A stretch of 62,093 nt of DNA, filler included, from Rhabdomonas costata (Eukaryota), in assembly GCA_019059605.1 (NCBI GenBank). It is 19 parts of 19 records of this genome, joined end to end, with 100 filler letters (N's around TTAATTAATTAA, not from the genome) between each part and the next. Parts side by side here need not be neighbours in the genome. Positions count along the whole stretch, not along the records: positions 26,225 to 29,399 come from JAHMHO010001232.1; positions 29,500 to 32,671 come from JAHMHO010001233.1; positions 32,772 to 35,945 come from JAHMHO010001234.1; positions 36,046 to 39,216 come from JAHMHO010001235.1; 15 more parts are not named here. One strand, written 5' to 3'. The notes beneath the pieces are model-generated. The model saw nothing but the letters and a program-made list of their open reading frames with translations, did not search any database and was not told the DNA's origin. Shown piece after piece: positions 26,125 to 39,316 of this stretch. Position numbers and translations under genes: made by a program. The first letter of the stretch is position 1. Each line of letters starts with the position of its first letter.

Positions 26125-27808
26125 NNNNNNNNNNNNNNNNNNNNNNNNNNNNNNNNNNNNNNNNNNNNTTAATTAATTAANNNNNNNNNNNNNNNNNNNN
26201 NNNNNNNNNNNNNNNNNNNNNNNNGTGTTGGGGTTGGTAAAGGTAACAGAAAAACAGAACAACGAGCTGCCGTAACCTGGAGAACCCTCGAAAAAAAATT
26301 AGTATGTGAAGGGGGTTAGGCGCCCGTGCCCCCAGGTGAGTTTTGCATCAGGAAACTGCATTAAAGTCCCCAGATGCGTTATTTGGTCAGCATGTCAAAA
26401 TCGATGCTGGTTAAGGACTCAACTGTTGATGGAATTTGGGCGGACAAGTGGTACAGAATCAGTTTTGGGGCCGGAGCGGGCAGTGGCCTTTTGGACAATC
26501 GATACAATTTGAAAATTTGTCAAGCGTCTGAAAAGGTTACCAGTTGAAACTGTTTTCACCTCCTCCCTTAACGTCAATTAACGTCAATCAATCGCATAAG
26601 GACGGGTAGGAAAGCCGTCTGTTGCTTCCGATGTGCACATAGGAACTTCCTTGTCCAGGTATTCCGGCATGTGACACTGCACCATTTATTAGTTCACCTA
26701 ACATTTCGGCTGAGTGTCCTTCCTGGTCACCACTATAAGTGCATTCCATCGAAACTGTTTAGGGAGTGAACGGAGACAAGGACACGGAGGCGGAAGGGCA
26801 ATCCTATGTCTTTTTGTGAACTTTTTTGCGTGAGGGACAAAAGACGCAAAAGAGCATTCGGTTCGGCGGCGACACATGGAACGAACTGTATGTTAATGGA
26901 CCTTCATCCTTTATTTTTCCAGGAGCAATGGAAAATAATGGATGCGGGCATAGCTTCCTCACTTCTCCCTATCCGTCCTCTATCCTCAACGTTGGCCAGT
27001 GGTCACTGAAGGGGTGCGATCTCACTCAATCCGCACAGCAGTTCAGAGGTCGTCCAGTAGACAGATCCTCTCAAACCCACTCGTTGATGAACGTCATACA
27101 TGCCTCCACCGAGTATCCCCCAGGCGCGTGGCAAAAATGGCAAGGCGTGGAGATGCACGGAGAGGCCGACAGAAAGCCACTGCACGTCGACGCCAAAACC
27201 ATAAACCTGACGCAAGATCACCGCATAAAGGAAAACCGTGGACGACAGTTTGAAAAAACTGATCGCACTGATGGGATGGGATCGGGGGGGGGGTGAATAC
27301 CGCCGTAAAAGACAGTAAAACAGCGGCACCAAAATGCAAAAAAGGAGGGCAGACGTCTCGGGACAATCTCACCTCTTACCAACAACAGCTGTACTCAGTT
27401 TGACTACGTTCTGACAGTGAGTCCGCTCAGAACAAAGTTTATCAGGGAGAGAAAGGTACATGCATTCGCGCCCTCCCCCTATCCCCTGCAAAAACCATAC
27501 GCCTAAAAGAATGATGATGCTGGCCGCACGCGGGAAAAGCAAAGCGCGGGGCACACTGGGAGCAAGCCAGAGCGAGAAAAGGAGGGGCGTGAATGAATGG
27601 CCATGCCAACCAACGGACGAAAAACCCACACAGATAGTGCCGGCGGTTCAGGAACCGCCCGAGCGCACGTCGCCACATCCACCCCTGCAACCAGCCTCGA
27701 ATCCCACCTCCACTTCTGCAGAAGGATGACCTGTCAAGTGGACTGTCCTGTGCACTTCCCAGGGCACTCTGCCACAGCCGTCCACAAAGCAGCCAGCGCC
27801 CGATAAGG

Positions 27809-28879
27809 TTAGGACGAGGGATCCGATGCGTCTGGCTTGGCAGCGGTGCTAAAGTGGAGAACCAGCTCGTAGGTAATGGAGCTCCAGGCTCCTAGGAAGG
27901 CCCGCGAGACCAGTGTGGGGAGGTACCCCCGGAGAAGCCCCCGGGGGCCTTCCTTCGCCAAGAGCTCGGTCAGCACGTGCCAAGCATTCCGATACCGATG
28001 ACCTTTTGAACAGAAAGTGATAAGGCGGCATATAATTAAGATAAAATTGAAAACAACACGCGAAGGAAGAAGGGCGGCAGACAACGTTGTGCGAAAAACT
28101 AAAGGTGGGGGGGGGGTCTTTGGAAAGACCTCCCTGGATTGCTTGATTGGAAGAAAGCCAGAAGCTACATTCTTGGAGCAATCACAGCAAAACGCAGTTC
28201 CTTCATCAGAGCCAGACCTCCACACTTCCTGAATCCCGTTTAGCGCACCCCCAAAGGAGATATTTTTGTATCATCCTACCTTTCCATTGTTGTCCGTTTT
28301 CAAAACAATCGGATTCGGCCTTCAAGTGCACACCAGGGCAACCAACCCAACTTCCCCTTCCCCCAACGATACCAGCGTCCATCTGCAGGCGAGTCTTGAT
28401 CACGTCCAGGGGGTTTCCCACAGTCACCGCGGCCGCGCTGGCGGTCGCCCCACACATCAGTTTCCCGGCACTGAGCTGTGTGCGGTGGACCCCATTGAAG
28501 TTAACACAGCCGTAGGACCTCTTTCGAAAAGGTGGGTGGGTAATTTTCTGATACACCACACACGACTATTTGCAGCATCATGCAACGTGGTCCATCGCCA
28601 AAAGAATAGCACACATTTTCATTTCATGCTAAAGAAGTAAGTCTGCAATGAAACAGCATTGTCAAAATGGCATATGGGCGATGCAGGACGAGAAGCAGGC
28701 AGAAGAATAAAGACATTGAAATGAAACGCAAAGAATGCCGGACGCTGTGGACGCGCGTACGTCGAAGCTGCCAATCTTGCCCAGGGAGTAGGTTCTCCAA
28801 AGGCAGCCTTCATGTGCTCGTAGACAAACCACCACGTCGCGCCGCAAGTGCCGTTTACCACAACCATGAGGGGAAAGCC
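27809..28879 (-). CDS. Mitochondrial carrier family (SLC25) protein, 3' part (exons 28761-28879, 28373-28518, 27809-28002)
   Basis: Signature PLDVIKTRLQ, KEGPRGLLRGY, WWFVYEHMK, ITYE; TAA at 27809. Confidence 0.9.
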
Positions 28880-29012
28880 CTGCAAGAGAAGGAGAGAGAG
28901 AGACCTTCACCATTCTCGAAACTAACAAAAGCAGAAGTAATCCATCCATGGAAAAAGTTGTTAACACCGTATCCAGAAATTACCAGAAAATTAGAATTAA
29001 AGAAAAATAAAA

Positions 29013-29348
29013 GGCGTTACTTTACTATTGTGCCCAGGATTTTATCTCTCTTTTTTTCTTTGTTTTCTTTTTGACATGTTGACGCTCTACGATGTTCTGG
29101 AAATCGCTGGGAATGATTCTAAGCGACGAAAATGGATGCAGAAGTATGGGATTCATCCTGGCTGTGATGGGTGCCCCTCTTGTGGAGCTGTTTTGAAGGC
29201 TGACAACTATAGGGGCAAGGCTGGTTTTCGGTGCTCTGACAATAACTGTCGAAGGAGGGTGTCTGCGGTTTCTGGTGGTCTCCTGGCTCTGCTGACCCTT
29301 TCGTATCCCTCTGTGAGTGTTTCCGGGACGGCTACTTCCAGTGATTGA
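29013..29348 (+). mobile_element. Merlin/IS1595-like DNA transposon left end (truncated transposase N-terminus), apparently in an intron of the carrier gene
   Basis: ATG at 29076: WMQKYGI..CPSCG..FRCSDNNCRRRVS zinc ribbon typical of IS1595/Merlin transposases; candidate TIR GGCGTTACTTTACTAT at 29013; no DDE domain or right end. Confidence 0.55.
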
Positions 29349-30231
29349 GTTGTGTCCGTGCCCTTTTGGATATTATTTAGCCTCGCAGAGGGTTAGGGAN
29401 NNNNNNNNNNNNNNNNNNNNNNNNNNNNNNNNNNNNNNNNNNNTTAATTAATTAANNNNNNNNNNNNNNNNNNNNNNNNNNNNNNNNNNNNNNNNNNNNT
29501 GTGGGTGTGTTTGGTGTTGAGAATCCAATAGAATACGACCTGTAGGACTTGTAGGAATACGGTCCGACGTGAAATTGGCAGAATACGAACAAACTGGATT
29601 GGGTAGGGTCCTGGTGAACCAAGAGAGAGTCCGTGTGATGCACGCACGTACACCCAAACCAGAACATACCGGAACACACATGGAATCCTTCGGGGCAACG
29701 CGGTGTGATACAGTGTAAAAAAACGTATCTATAACTGCAATACAGATCATATTACAACCGCACACATAGGACGGGACAACGAGCACAAGACCTAAGTGGA
29801 AGTGGACTGAAAATTCAGTGCAACAGAAGTTGCGGAGGAGGCGGAGTGGTATCAGCCCCACAGGTCACGTCCCGCTCCAGCCGTCCCTAAACTAATCCTA
29901 CTCGTCCGGCCGTATCCCAGCCATTGGCGAGCCCTTGGCAAGCACAAGCTTTCAGCTGCTAAGCAAAATCATCTAGGGGGCACTGGCAGAGCTTATCAAC
30001 TCCCCCCCCCCCCCACAAAAATAAAGGCAATTCGGGGGTGCTGGCACACTTTACGCGACCGTTTTTAGTTATTTTAACAAAAATTTACGCAGATTTCTGT
30101 TACCACTGGCAACCGTTACCACTGGAGTTAGTTACCTCTCCCCCTTCCACCTTTTCCATTGGACCGAAAATTCGTAATACCCTAAAGATAAACACACCAT
30201 AGCTAATGTGCCAACAAACGGCAACACACAC

Positions 30232-32426
30232 TGGGAGCGCCCCAGAAGGCGTCCAGACAGATGTAGCAGCGGGCTCCTCTGATATCTCCTCTTCAAAGCG
30301 ACGATCGGCGGGGTGGCGGCTCCGCCCACTCCGCACAAAAAGCGATTCGGGCATGAACTTCCGGTACTCCGCCAGACTCCGGGCTAAAGTGGTGAAGGCC
30401 TGGGTCAGGGCATCCACCTCTTTGTACAAAGACCGGGGCAGGGGTCGCACCTGGACCACCTCCAGGGCACACAGTAGCTCCACCTCCCGCACCAGACGGA
30501 GCAGGGGGGCGGTCAGAAGCCTCACTAAGACACTGGTCAGCAGGGCGGTCCTAAGGGAAGGTGGAATTACAATGAAGTCAAGGTGAGCAGGGGGGCGGTG
30601 GTACCACGGTCGCAATGTCCATGGTGCCGGTCCTGACCGGCGTGCGGCGTGCGAAAGTATATTTCTTCTACGGTAAAGCGAATAAATAAACAGCAGAAAG
30701 AAAAGTGATAAAACTGCATGGCAACACTCAAAGCAAACGGATTCAAAAAAGGCACCTCTTTGTCCCCTCTCCATCGAGAGTCCATGTTGGGAGAAAAAGT
30801 GCGCATACCCCATAGACCTATCTCAACATTGACTTTTCAGGGGATAGGGGGGCGAAATCGGAGACACAGATGCTATTTAAGCACAACGTTTGCCTAAAGT
30901 TGCCCATGCTTTGCCTGTTTTGGGTATTTTGCCTAATTTTGGCTCAGAATTTTTTTTGGTCGTTTTAGGTCAACTTTGACTTTTTTGGGAGCCTCCTGGA
31001 GACTTCACACGGGCACAAGGGAAGGTCATGGTGGTCAGGGGGGAGGACAGTGCCTTAGGATCAAGAAGAGCCCTCGGGCCAAGTGTGCGAGAAAGTTTAG
31101 GAATTATTTGTCATTTTTACTATGGAGAGGATTTTTTAAAATGAGTTTTGTCGTGTATTTTTCCGTTCAAGTCGCCAGCTCCCCCCAACCATAACATCAC
31201 TTCAAAGCTTTAAAGCGCGCGAGGAAACGAGAGAAAAGCTTGGCCATACCCCACAATGCACCCCGCGACGATTCCCGTGGTCAAAGGGACTCTGGCGTAG
31301 ACCTGCTGCGTCCAGGTGTCTGAATCCGTGGCGACGACAAGAACCCAGAACAGGTTCTGCAGAAACCACCACAAACCAACCAAAACCGGCGAAGCAAGGC
31401 AACAAAGCACTTCTGCTAGCTGTCACCATAAATCTAACACGATGCCAAAAATCAATAAGAAGCTCGTCTCAAACAATGAGACCCTAAAACCGTAAAAGCG
31501 TGACCCAAGCCCGACCGCGAACCTGAACCCAACTTCTAACCCTTTGCCCAACCCCAACGCCAACCCAATGAAATTTGCATTCAAGGTCCGAGTTCCCAAA
31601 CACGACAAAAAGCCAGATGAGGTTCTGTCGAACCCTCAGCGGGAAAAGGTCTGCTAAAACGCACGCAAATTGCACGGGAAACTCACATTCTGTAGCTTTC
31701 TCAACCCTTCAAAGCTGGCCTGAAGGAAAGCGTTAACTTGGAGCCTGAAAAAGCCATTGGAACCCCGGCCCTTTATTCGACCGGCAAAGTCTAGCCTAAA
31801 ACTAGTACTAACCAGGAGTGGGGCAACGTTCAAACGAAATAAATACAACACCAAACAGACTATCATGCTAAGGCTGACGACTCGGTTAAAATTCTGTGTA
31901 GATGGGGACGTTGGAGATAGTTAGCGAAAGGTGTTGTGTAGCTTAAAGAAGACCAAGAAAAGGGTCGCCACCTTAGGCGACACTGCCATTTGTGCATTTG
32001 TGCGGTGGTGGCTGGGATCAAAAAACGTGGAGAGGGTTAACTGAGTGCAGGTCGCACGGGCCACGGGCCCAGCGCAGCGAATACATCCCTCGGATATTTG
32101 CAATGGGAGAGATTGCGCCACAATGCCAAAATGGGTACCTGAAAGCTGATCGCCTGCACCGTCACAAGGTATCCCGCCACGTTGGCTTCCGTTGCATTGG
32201 CGCCCAAAAACTGGCTCCAGCCCCCAAGATTAGACTGCGAGAGGGCAACGGAGATTGCCCGGATGGAGGCGTCCTGGACCTGTGTGGCTTTGATCTGGGT
32301 CCACACCCCAGAGGGGCTGTTCGGGGGAGTTGCCGTCTCCTGACCGGTGGTCGAGCTTGCAATGAGATACCCGGTAGAGGGCTCCACAATGAAGGTCACG
32401 GTCCCCGGAAACAGCCCAGAGGAGTG
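30232..32426 (-). CDS. Cache-TM-HAMP receptor cyclase-like protein, partial (exons 32139-32426, 31250-31356, ~30232-30550)
   Basis: TFIVEPSTGYLIASS and WVLVVA (Cache domain end), a TM helix, HAMP-like LTAPLLRL...EVDALTQAFTTLARSL, then EYRKFMPESLF. Confidence 0.75.
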
Positions 32427-33806
32427 CTGGGTAGCAGGAGATGGCAGGGCATGACGTTTTCGCTTCTCCGTCAATAAGGTTTCAGTTATTCGTTCTTGTC
32501 TCAATGTTTTTTTTTCATTCGATAATGAATATAAGGTTCGGCGATCGTAAACGTCGCACTGTAGTGCGACCTGAGGGCGATACAGATGCCCCATACGGGT
32601 CGGAACAGGGTGTGAAGTATGGAGGAAGGCTGGAATGCAGAAGTTAATTGATATGAACGATCCACAAAACANNNNNNNNNNNNNNNNNNNNNNNNNNNNN
32701 NNNNNNNNNNNNNNNTTAATTAATTAANNNNNNNNNNNNNNNNNNNNNNNNNNNNNNNNNNNNNNNNNNNNTTTGTGAGAGGCTTTTTAGTGCCTTTTGT
32801 GGCTGGTGGAATAAGTAACTACCATGCGTAAGTGCAAAAACCATATAAATACATGAGATGCTTTATTGGCAATTCATGCTTGACATAAATGCATCCCAAA
32901 TTGCATTAAAAGTTTAGGAATGTTAAACGTTCGCATACCTGGGATGCCAACAGAATTTCAGGTGGCCCCTTCAGCACCTTTCCCAGGGTTGGGCATCTTA
33001 ATATCAGCTCTTGGGTTTATCCTCACCTCTTGTCTTGGCTCATTTTACATTGAGCAACTTCGCACGCTGTCGACTCATTTTCCTCACGGTTTTTTTCTCA
33101 TGATGCATTCATTTCAGCGCATAAATTCTTCATTTTGCACTTGCAGACATGCTTCCGATATTTTCATTTTTTTTCCGCAGTTCTCCCCCTTACCCGTCTC
33201 TTGCACCCTTCTCTGGCCGATCATACCTTTCACCTTCTCCCACACTCCCGTTACTCTTTCCCACTGCTGAACGCTCCCTCCCATTCGTTGATCGCCAAAT
33301 CCCCCTCTCTATGTGCCATATCTCCTCGCAAGGCAATGATCCATTCCGTGATTTCAAAGACACTCGTCCACCCGGGAATCCCCCCTCTATTTCTTTGCTC
33401 TGTGTTCGATGTTTGCTGCTGTTTGCTGCAAGAACGATATTGTTTTAACGGCACCAATCCTCTGTGGCAATGTGAGAAGTGGTTATCGAAGCATTCATTA
33501 TTGTTCATTTTTTATTTTCTTTGTTTATTTTCTAGCATGTATGAAGCATGTATGCCAACCATAAGTGCTTTGCAAATGCACCGCAAATAGGGAGCTTCCG
33601 GGACAAAACTGGTTCTTGTTCTTGAATCAGGGGGAAATTGACAAAGCCCGCCTTTTTCTTGCTTTTTTGTTTACAAAGGGTCAGGCAGGGTGCCTTTTCG
33701 CCGTCGTACTTACCAGTACTAATGGGAGCTTTTGGTCCATGGTTGGCTTGTGGATTTTTGCAATGGTGTATTCCTGGAGTTACTGTTGTTGCTCACTTTA
33801 GGCGGA

Positions 33807-35473
33807 ATGGAAATTCTGGCCACTCCTGAAATGGGGTACTATTGCTTTCATGTTCTGGAGTGCATGCTGAGAAAAACCGTGTGCCAGTCACCACCTTCGA
33901 GCATTCCGAATGTCAATGCCCAACTCTTTGTAGGTACCTTTGGAGACTTTGAAAGCTTCACTCCCTCTGTGGGTTGTTGCAGAGTTATATTTGCTGTTTT
34001 ATTCTGCTTTTACTGGCAGGGTGGTACCACAAAGGAGACCTTCGTGGTTGCATCGGTTCTTTCAAAGACACTCCGCTGGCTGTTAGCTTAAAAGAACGTG
34101 CCATAGAGGCTGCTTCAAGCGACACCCGATTCTCTCCCATTCGTGTGTCAGAACTGCAGAATTTGTCTTGTTCGGTATATGCCGTTTTTTTTTTTGCATT
34201 TTTCTTACTTGCCCATGTAACAAACCATTTTTCGAGGTCGTTTTGCAAATTTCATCCAGATGGCGTCCTTTCCTTTCCTTTTCAGGTATCTGTCCTGCAC
34301 AGCTTCGAGACGGCTGACGACATACGTGATTGGACAATAGGCGTTCACGGGATAACGGTTGCGTTTACAGATCCGGCAACTTCCAAGTCAAGGTTCTTTT
34401 TCATGTGTTCTGTGTTGTTTTGCTTCATTTTCTGTTTAAAAAAAGCAGTTGTGTCTGCCAGTTTTAGGCTGTCTTCACGGGATCTGCTCAGTCTGCCCAA
34501 ACGGGTGTCTGCCGAAACGTGACACAAGTTTCAAATGGTGACAGTTGGCGTCGGCAGTTTCGTCTGACGCTCAAGGCCCTTCGTGCCTCTCCACCTTCTC
34601 TGAACTTGAAAGTGTATAGTGGCGCCTCTGGCGCCTTTTGATTTCCTTTGTTCAGCATTTTCATCTCATTTGCTTGTCGTCAGGGTTTATCGTGCAACCT
34701 ATCTCCCAGAAGTCATGGTGAAGTACAAGATGGACAAGGATACCACACTGCGGGAACTTGTGGCCAAGGTACCAAACGCGTACAAGCTTGGGTTGTCTTC
34801 ACCCATTTTGAATAGTTATGGAAGTTATGGAGTTTTGTTTATTGTTGTCAGTGCGAACTGCATCACCTGGAGTCTTGCTTATGTAAGCTTGGTGTAATTT
34901 GGAAGAATATCCAAGTCCGTGAAGGTTAGTGAAGATTTAATCCACACACACACACACACAACACAGGGGCTCTTTGCACTCTGTGGACGTTCGCCGCGTG
35001 TTTATGTAGGTCCAGATTAATCAACTTCCCAGTATTTTCACAACACTGGAGTATTTTTTGTACCAGTGCAGTGCTGGACATTAGCTTGATCACGATAACA
35101 ACGCTTGTGTTGTTCGCTTCTTTCTGTTCACCAGGTAAAAGAAAGTGTAAGCGCTTCTGGGTTGTTGATATTTGGTTCACAAGTGAGCCAACCCCACGTG
35201 ACAAGAGAGAGGAGCAAGGCACCATGGGCCGAAAAGGTTGTGAGGTAAAGTTGGGAGCCCTGTGGGTAAGTGGGCCCGGAGTCGTCCCCAGAAAAAAAGA
35301 TTCGCCCGTGTGATGTTGTGTCTATCGTCCCGTGAATCTCATAGGCGGGTTACACCCACAATCCCATCTCTGACGCTGTGTGGCGGACTATGGAGGTGAC
35401 CCGGTTTCAGAGCTCGGATGTCAAGTGCACATACGAGCACTACCGCAGCTGGGTCTCCCGCAGCTCCACTTGA
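33807..35473 (+). CDS. AMMECR1: AMMECR1 family protein, complete (exons 33807-33933, 34020-34174, 34286-34386 or 34392, 34684-34768, 35345-35473)
   Basis: Signature LRGCIGSF, DTRFSPI, CSVSVL, WTIGVHGI, ATYLPEV, KAGY, TRFQS; an AG acceptor lies 5 nt before the ATG; TGA stop. Confidence 0.95.
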
Positions 35474-36874
35474 GGCTGGCTGTCTCTGCGCGAAAGCTGT
35501 GGTACAGCTGCTGCTGCTGCTTTTCGGAAACAGCCGGGGCTGAGACTTGATTTCTCGGCCTTCTCTCGGTCCTGCTGTGAACTGTCCACTTCTGTGGTTG
35601 AATGACTGACTCCTCAGGCCGATCGAAACGGTTCGTGTTTCTGTTTCTGTGCGACTGCCCTGTGCAACCGCCTGCTTTGCTTGCTGAAGTGAATGTTGAG
35701 TATCATCTTTGTTCGTCACTCCGCTCACCTGTGTGGTACCAATTTTGGTTTCAAAACAGTTCTGCATTTTTATCAGAAAGAGTTGGCCAAGGGGTATGTG
35801 GATTTATTTTCGCAGTGACGGAACAAATTTATTATCTGATAATTTGTTCCGTCACTGCGAAAATAAATCCACATACCCCTTGGCCAACTCTTTCTGATAA
35901 AAATGCAGAACTGTTTTGAAACCAAAATTGGTACCACACAGGTGANNNNNNNNNNNNNNNNNNNNNNNNNNNNNNNNNNNNNNNNNNNNTTAATTAATTA
36001 ANNNNNNNNNNNNNNNNNNNNNNNNNNNNNNNNNNNNNNNNNNNNGTGGGTCTGTGGCGTATAGGCTGATCATTGTTGGCATTGTTACCGAATAGAGATT
36101 GGGCGTTGATTCGTGGTGGGTTCCTCCGACGCTCAAGTCCCTCAAGGGCCCGCTTCGGAAGCGCCGAGACATCCCATTCCAATTCATCGAATGCACAATA
36201 AAACCGGCCTGAACAATGCCAGTTTCTGGCAGAACATCATTCGCTCTGCGCAAGGCGCAAACACCTGAGTTACGTGCGCAACAGACCACAAGTCTTCGAG
36301 AGCCAATTGCTCCGCCCCAGTCATGCGTCTTTAGGGGGCCAAGAAGTGGAGAGTCGGGCAGAGTACCCCGACCCTTACACAGACCGACCCAGGTAAAGGA
36401 CCAGCTAAACAGCGTTGGGGAGGCCTACCCCTGCGAGATAAAGCTGTTCTCCCCTGCGCTTCGGGGCCTTCTAACCAACTTAACAAAAATTTCTCATACC
36501 CGCCCTGCTCACCCGCTCACCTGCTCACCTTCGACGCAATGTCTGTCGTCCCCTACCCCAATATCCTGGTCGACTCGCGACGACCGTCCCGTAGCGTCCG
36601 TTGGGCGTAGATGTACCATGCCCTCGTGTGTTCCGTTGCCCTCTACGGAACTGAAACGTGGCGCTCACCGCTAGCCACAAACGCCTATCCACGTCCCCGA
36701 AATGCGCTGGGTGCGCCTCTGTACCTCGAGATGCGCGCCATTTCACGGCTCCCACCGAGCGCAGCGCCCGTGCCAAGCTCCCAGATGCAAATGCAAACTC
36801 AACCATTCGGGAAGTCCCCAGTCGTTAAGGGTACAATTGAGCTGTTTGAGACCTCTGGAATGTGTTTCTTGCAG

Positions 36875-37740
<866 letters not shown>

Positions 37741-39316
37741 TAGAAGACATAGATGGAATTTAAGAAACGTGAGCTCACGTGGCCTTGGCACTTGATTTTT
37801 TCAACGGCTCGTGATGCTGGGATTGGTGTGTATCATGCATCACCGAAAAACCAACCAACGCCGTTTTTGACAACCATGGCCAAATAATTTGGTGTGGAGT
37901 GCCGAAATGTGTGACTGTAATTACGTCAGTCCAGCCCAAGTGTATCAGGCCCTGGCGGCTTGGTAAAGGTTGGCGCAGTATTTTTTTTCTGGGTGTACCT
38001 ACAAGTCCGCTGTGGCAAGCACGTGTCGTCTTCTCGTGGCTGCCCAACAAGGATTTCTGTGAACCACCCTCCGTTTCTTCTCTTCGTAGTGTTTCTCTCT
38101 CTCCAGAGCTTTTGCTGCTTTTGAACACTCTTTTTTGCGTTTTTCCCTCGATTGGTTGGCACTTTAGCTGCCGTATAATTTTGCGGGAATGACGCGAGAA
38201 ATATCAAGGTCTGACGTGGACCAGGACCTCCGCCTCTTTTCCTGGAAGACCTCTGGGTGCGCAACCATTATACCAAGCATAAAAGTACTTCCCCATGGCC
38301 GAGGTTGACTCTCCGGTACGTTAGCACGCAAAGTTCCTGGAGGCTACGGTTGCAAAACCTGATTTTAACCTTCGCTCATTGTTTGGCCTTTGGCCACTTT
38401 ATCCATGGCGGGTGTTTGCATGGGTTGTCAGTCTCCTAAGCCTTCTTCCTTCGGCCTATTTAATGGGTGTGTTCGGCGAGGGCCTTCTCTCCATTTAGCT
38501 CAGCACTAGTGACAAAAAGAGATAAAAAAGCGACCCGAATGAGACGCCACCTCAATGGCTTCGCATTTTGAAAATGCAAAGACATCGGCCCATTCTGAGG
38601 TTTTTCTCGTTTTCTTGTTGTTTGATTGACTGCCTCCAGTACTATTGTTGTCAACATTGTCGCGTTTGTGTTGAGTACTCACTTCTTGCCTTTGTGGACG
38701 GAAAGAGAAAGCTGAATGCAGAAGCAAACGTTTTGGAGGTAATTGCGATAAAAGCGTTCCTGGCTTCGCGAGGATCACAGTGTATGCAAGACTGCTCACG
38801 TTGACCCGCAGAACTTCCGTAGACCCCCCTTTTTTTGCGCGGCCCCACCCTGGTCTGAAAAGTGCACGAAACGAACTTCGAACAACATCAGCACATGGTT
38901 GGGGGTTAAGCTGAAGTTCAAGTACGTGAACCAAAACCAGCTGGAATTGAAGCCCACCCCACACCCCGCTTTGGCCGCGCCGCGGACTGGCGTACGCACC
39001 GAAAATAATCCAAACCCTTTTTCACCGCAAGCCCCCGGGAAACGTTCACCGCCTTCAGGGGCAAAGTCCGCCGTATCCACTTTCACGCCGTGGACCGCAG
39101 AACCACAGAAAAAGGAAGCGCGAAGGTTCACAGGGCCGCCTCGAGGAAAGACACGAAGCTGACGGGCGACGGCCCCGCAGCATTGCACGCCGAAAGGGCG
39201 ACACGCACCACCCACANNNNNNNNNNNNNNNNNNNNNNNNNNNNNNNNNNNNNNNNNNNNTTAATTAATTAANNNNNNNNNNNNNNNNNNNNNNNNNNNN
39301 NNNNNNNNNNNNNNNN

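Noticed and set aside
35725..35945. Perfect ~105-bp inverted repeat
   Set aside because: It ends exactly at the contig end with identical arms, typical of an amplification fold-back rather than a MITE or hairpin RNA.
36539..36590. 37-nt GT-AC hairpin intron restoring MSDR to LC8
   Set aside because: The stem is only ~5 bp and the product is MSDRP, not MSDRK; easily chance.
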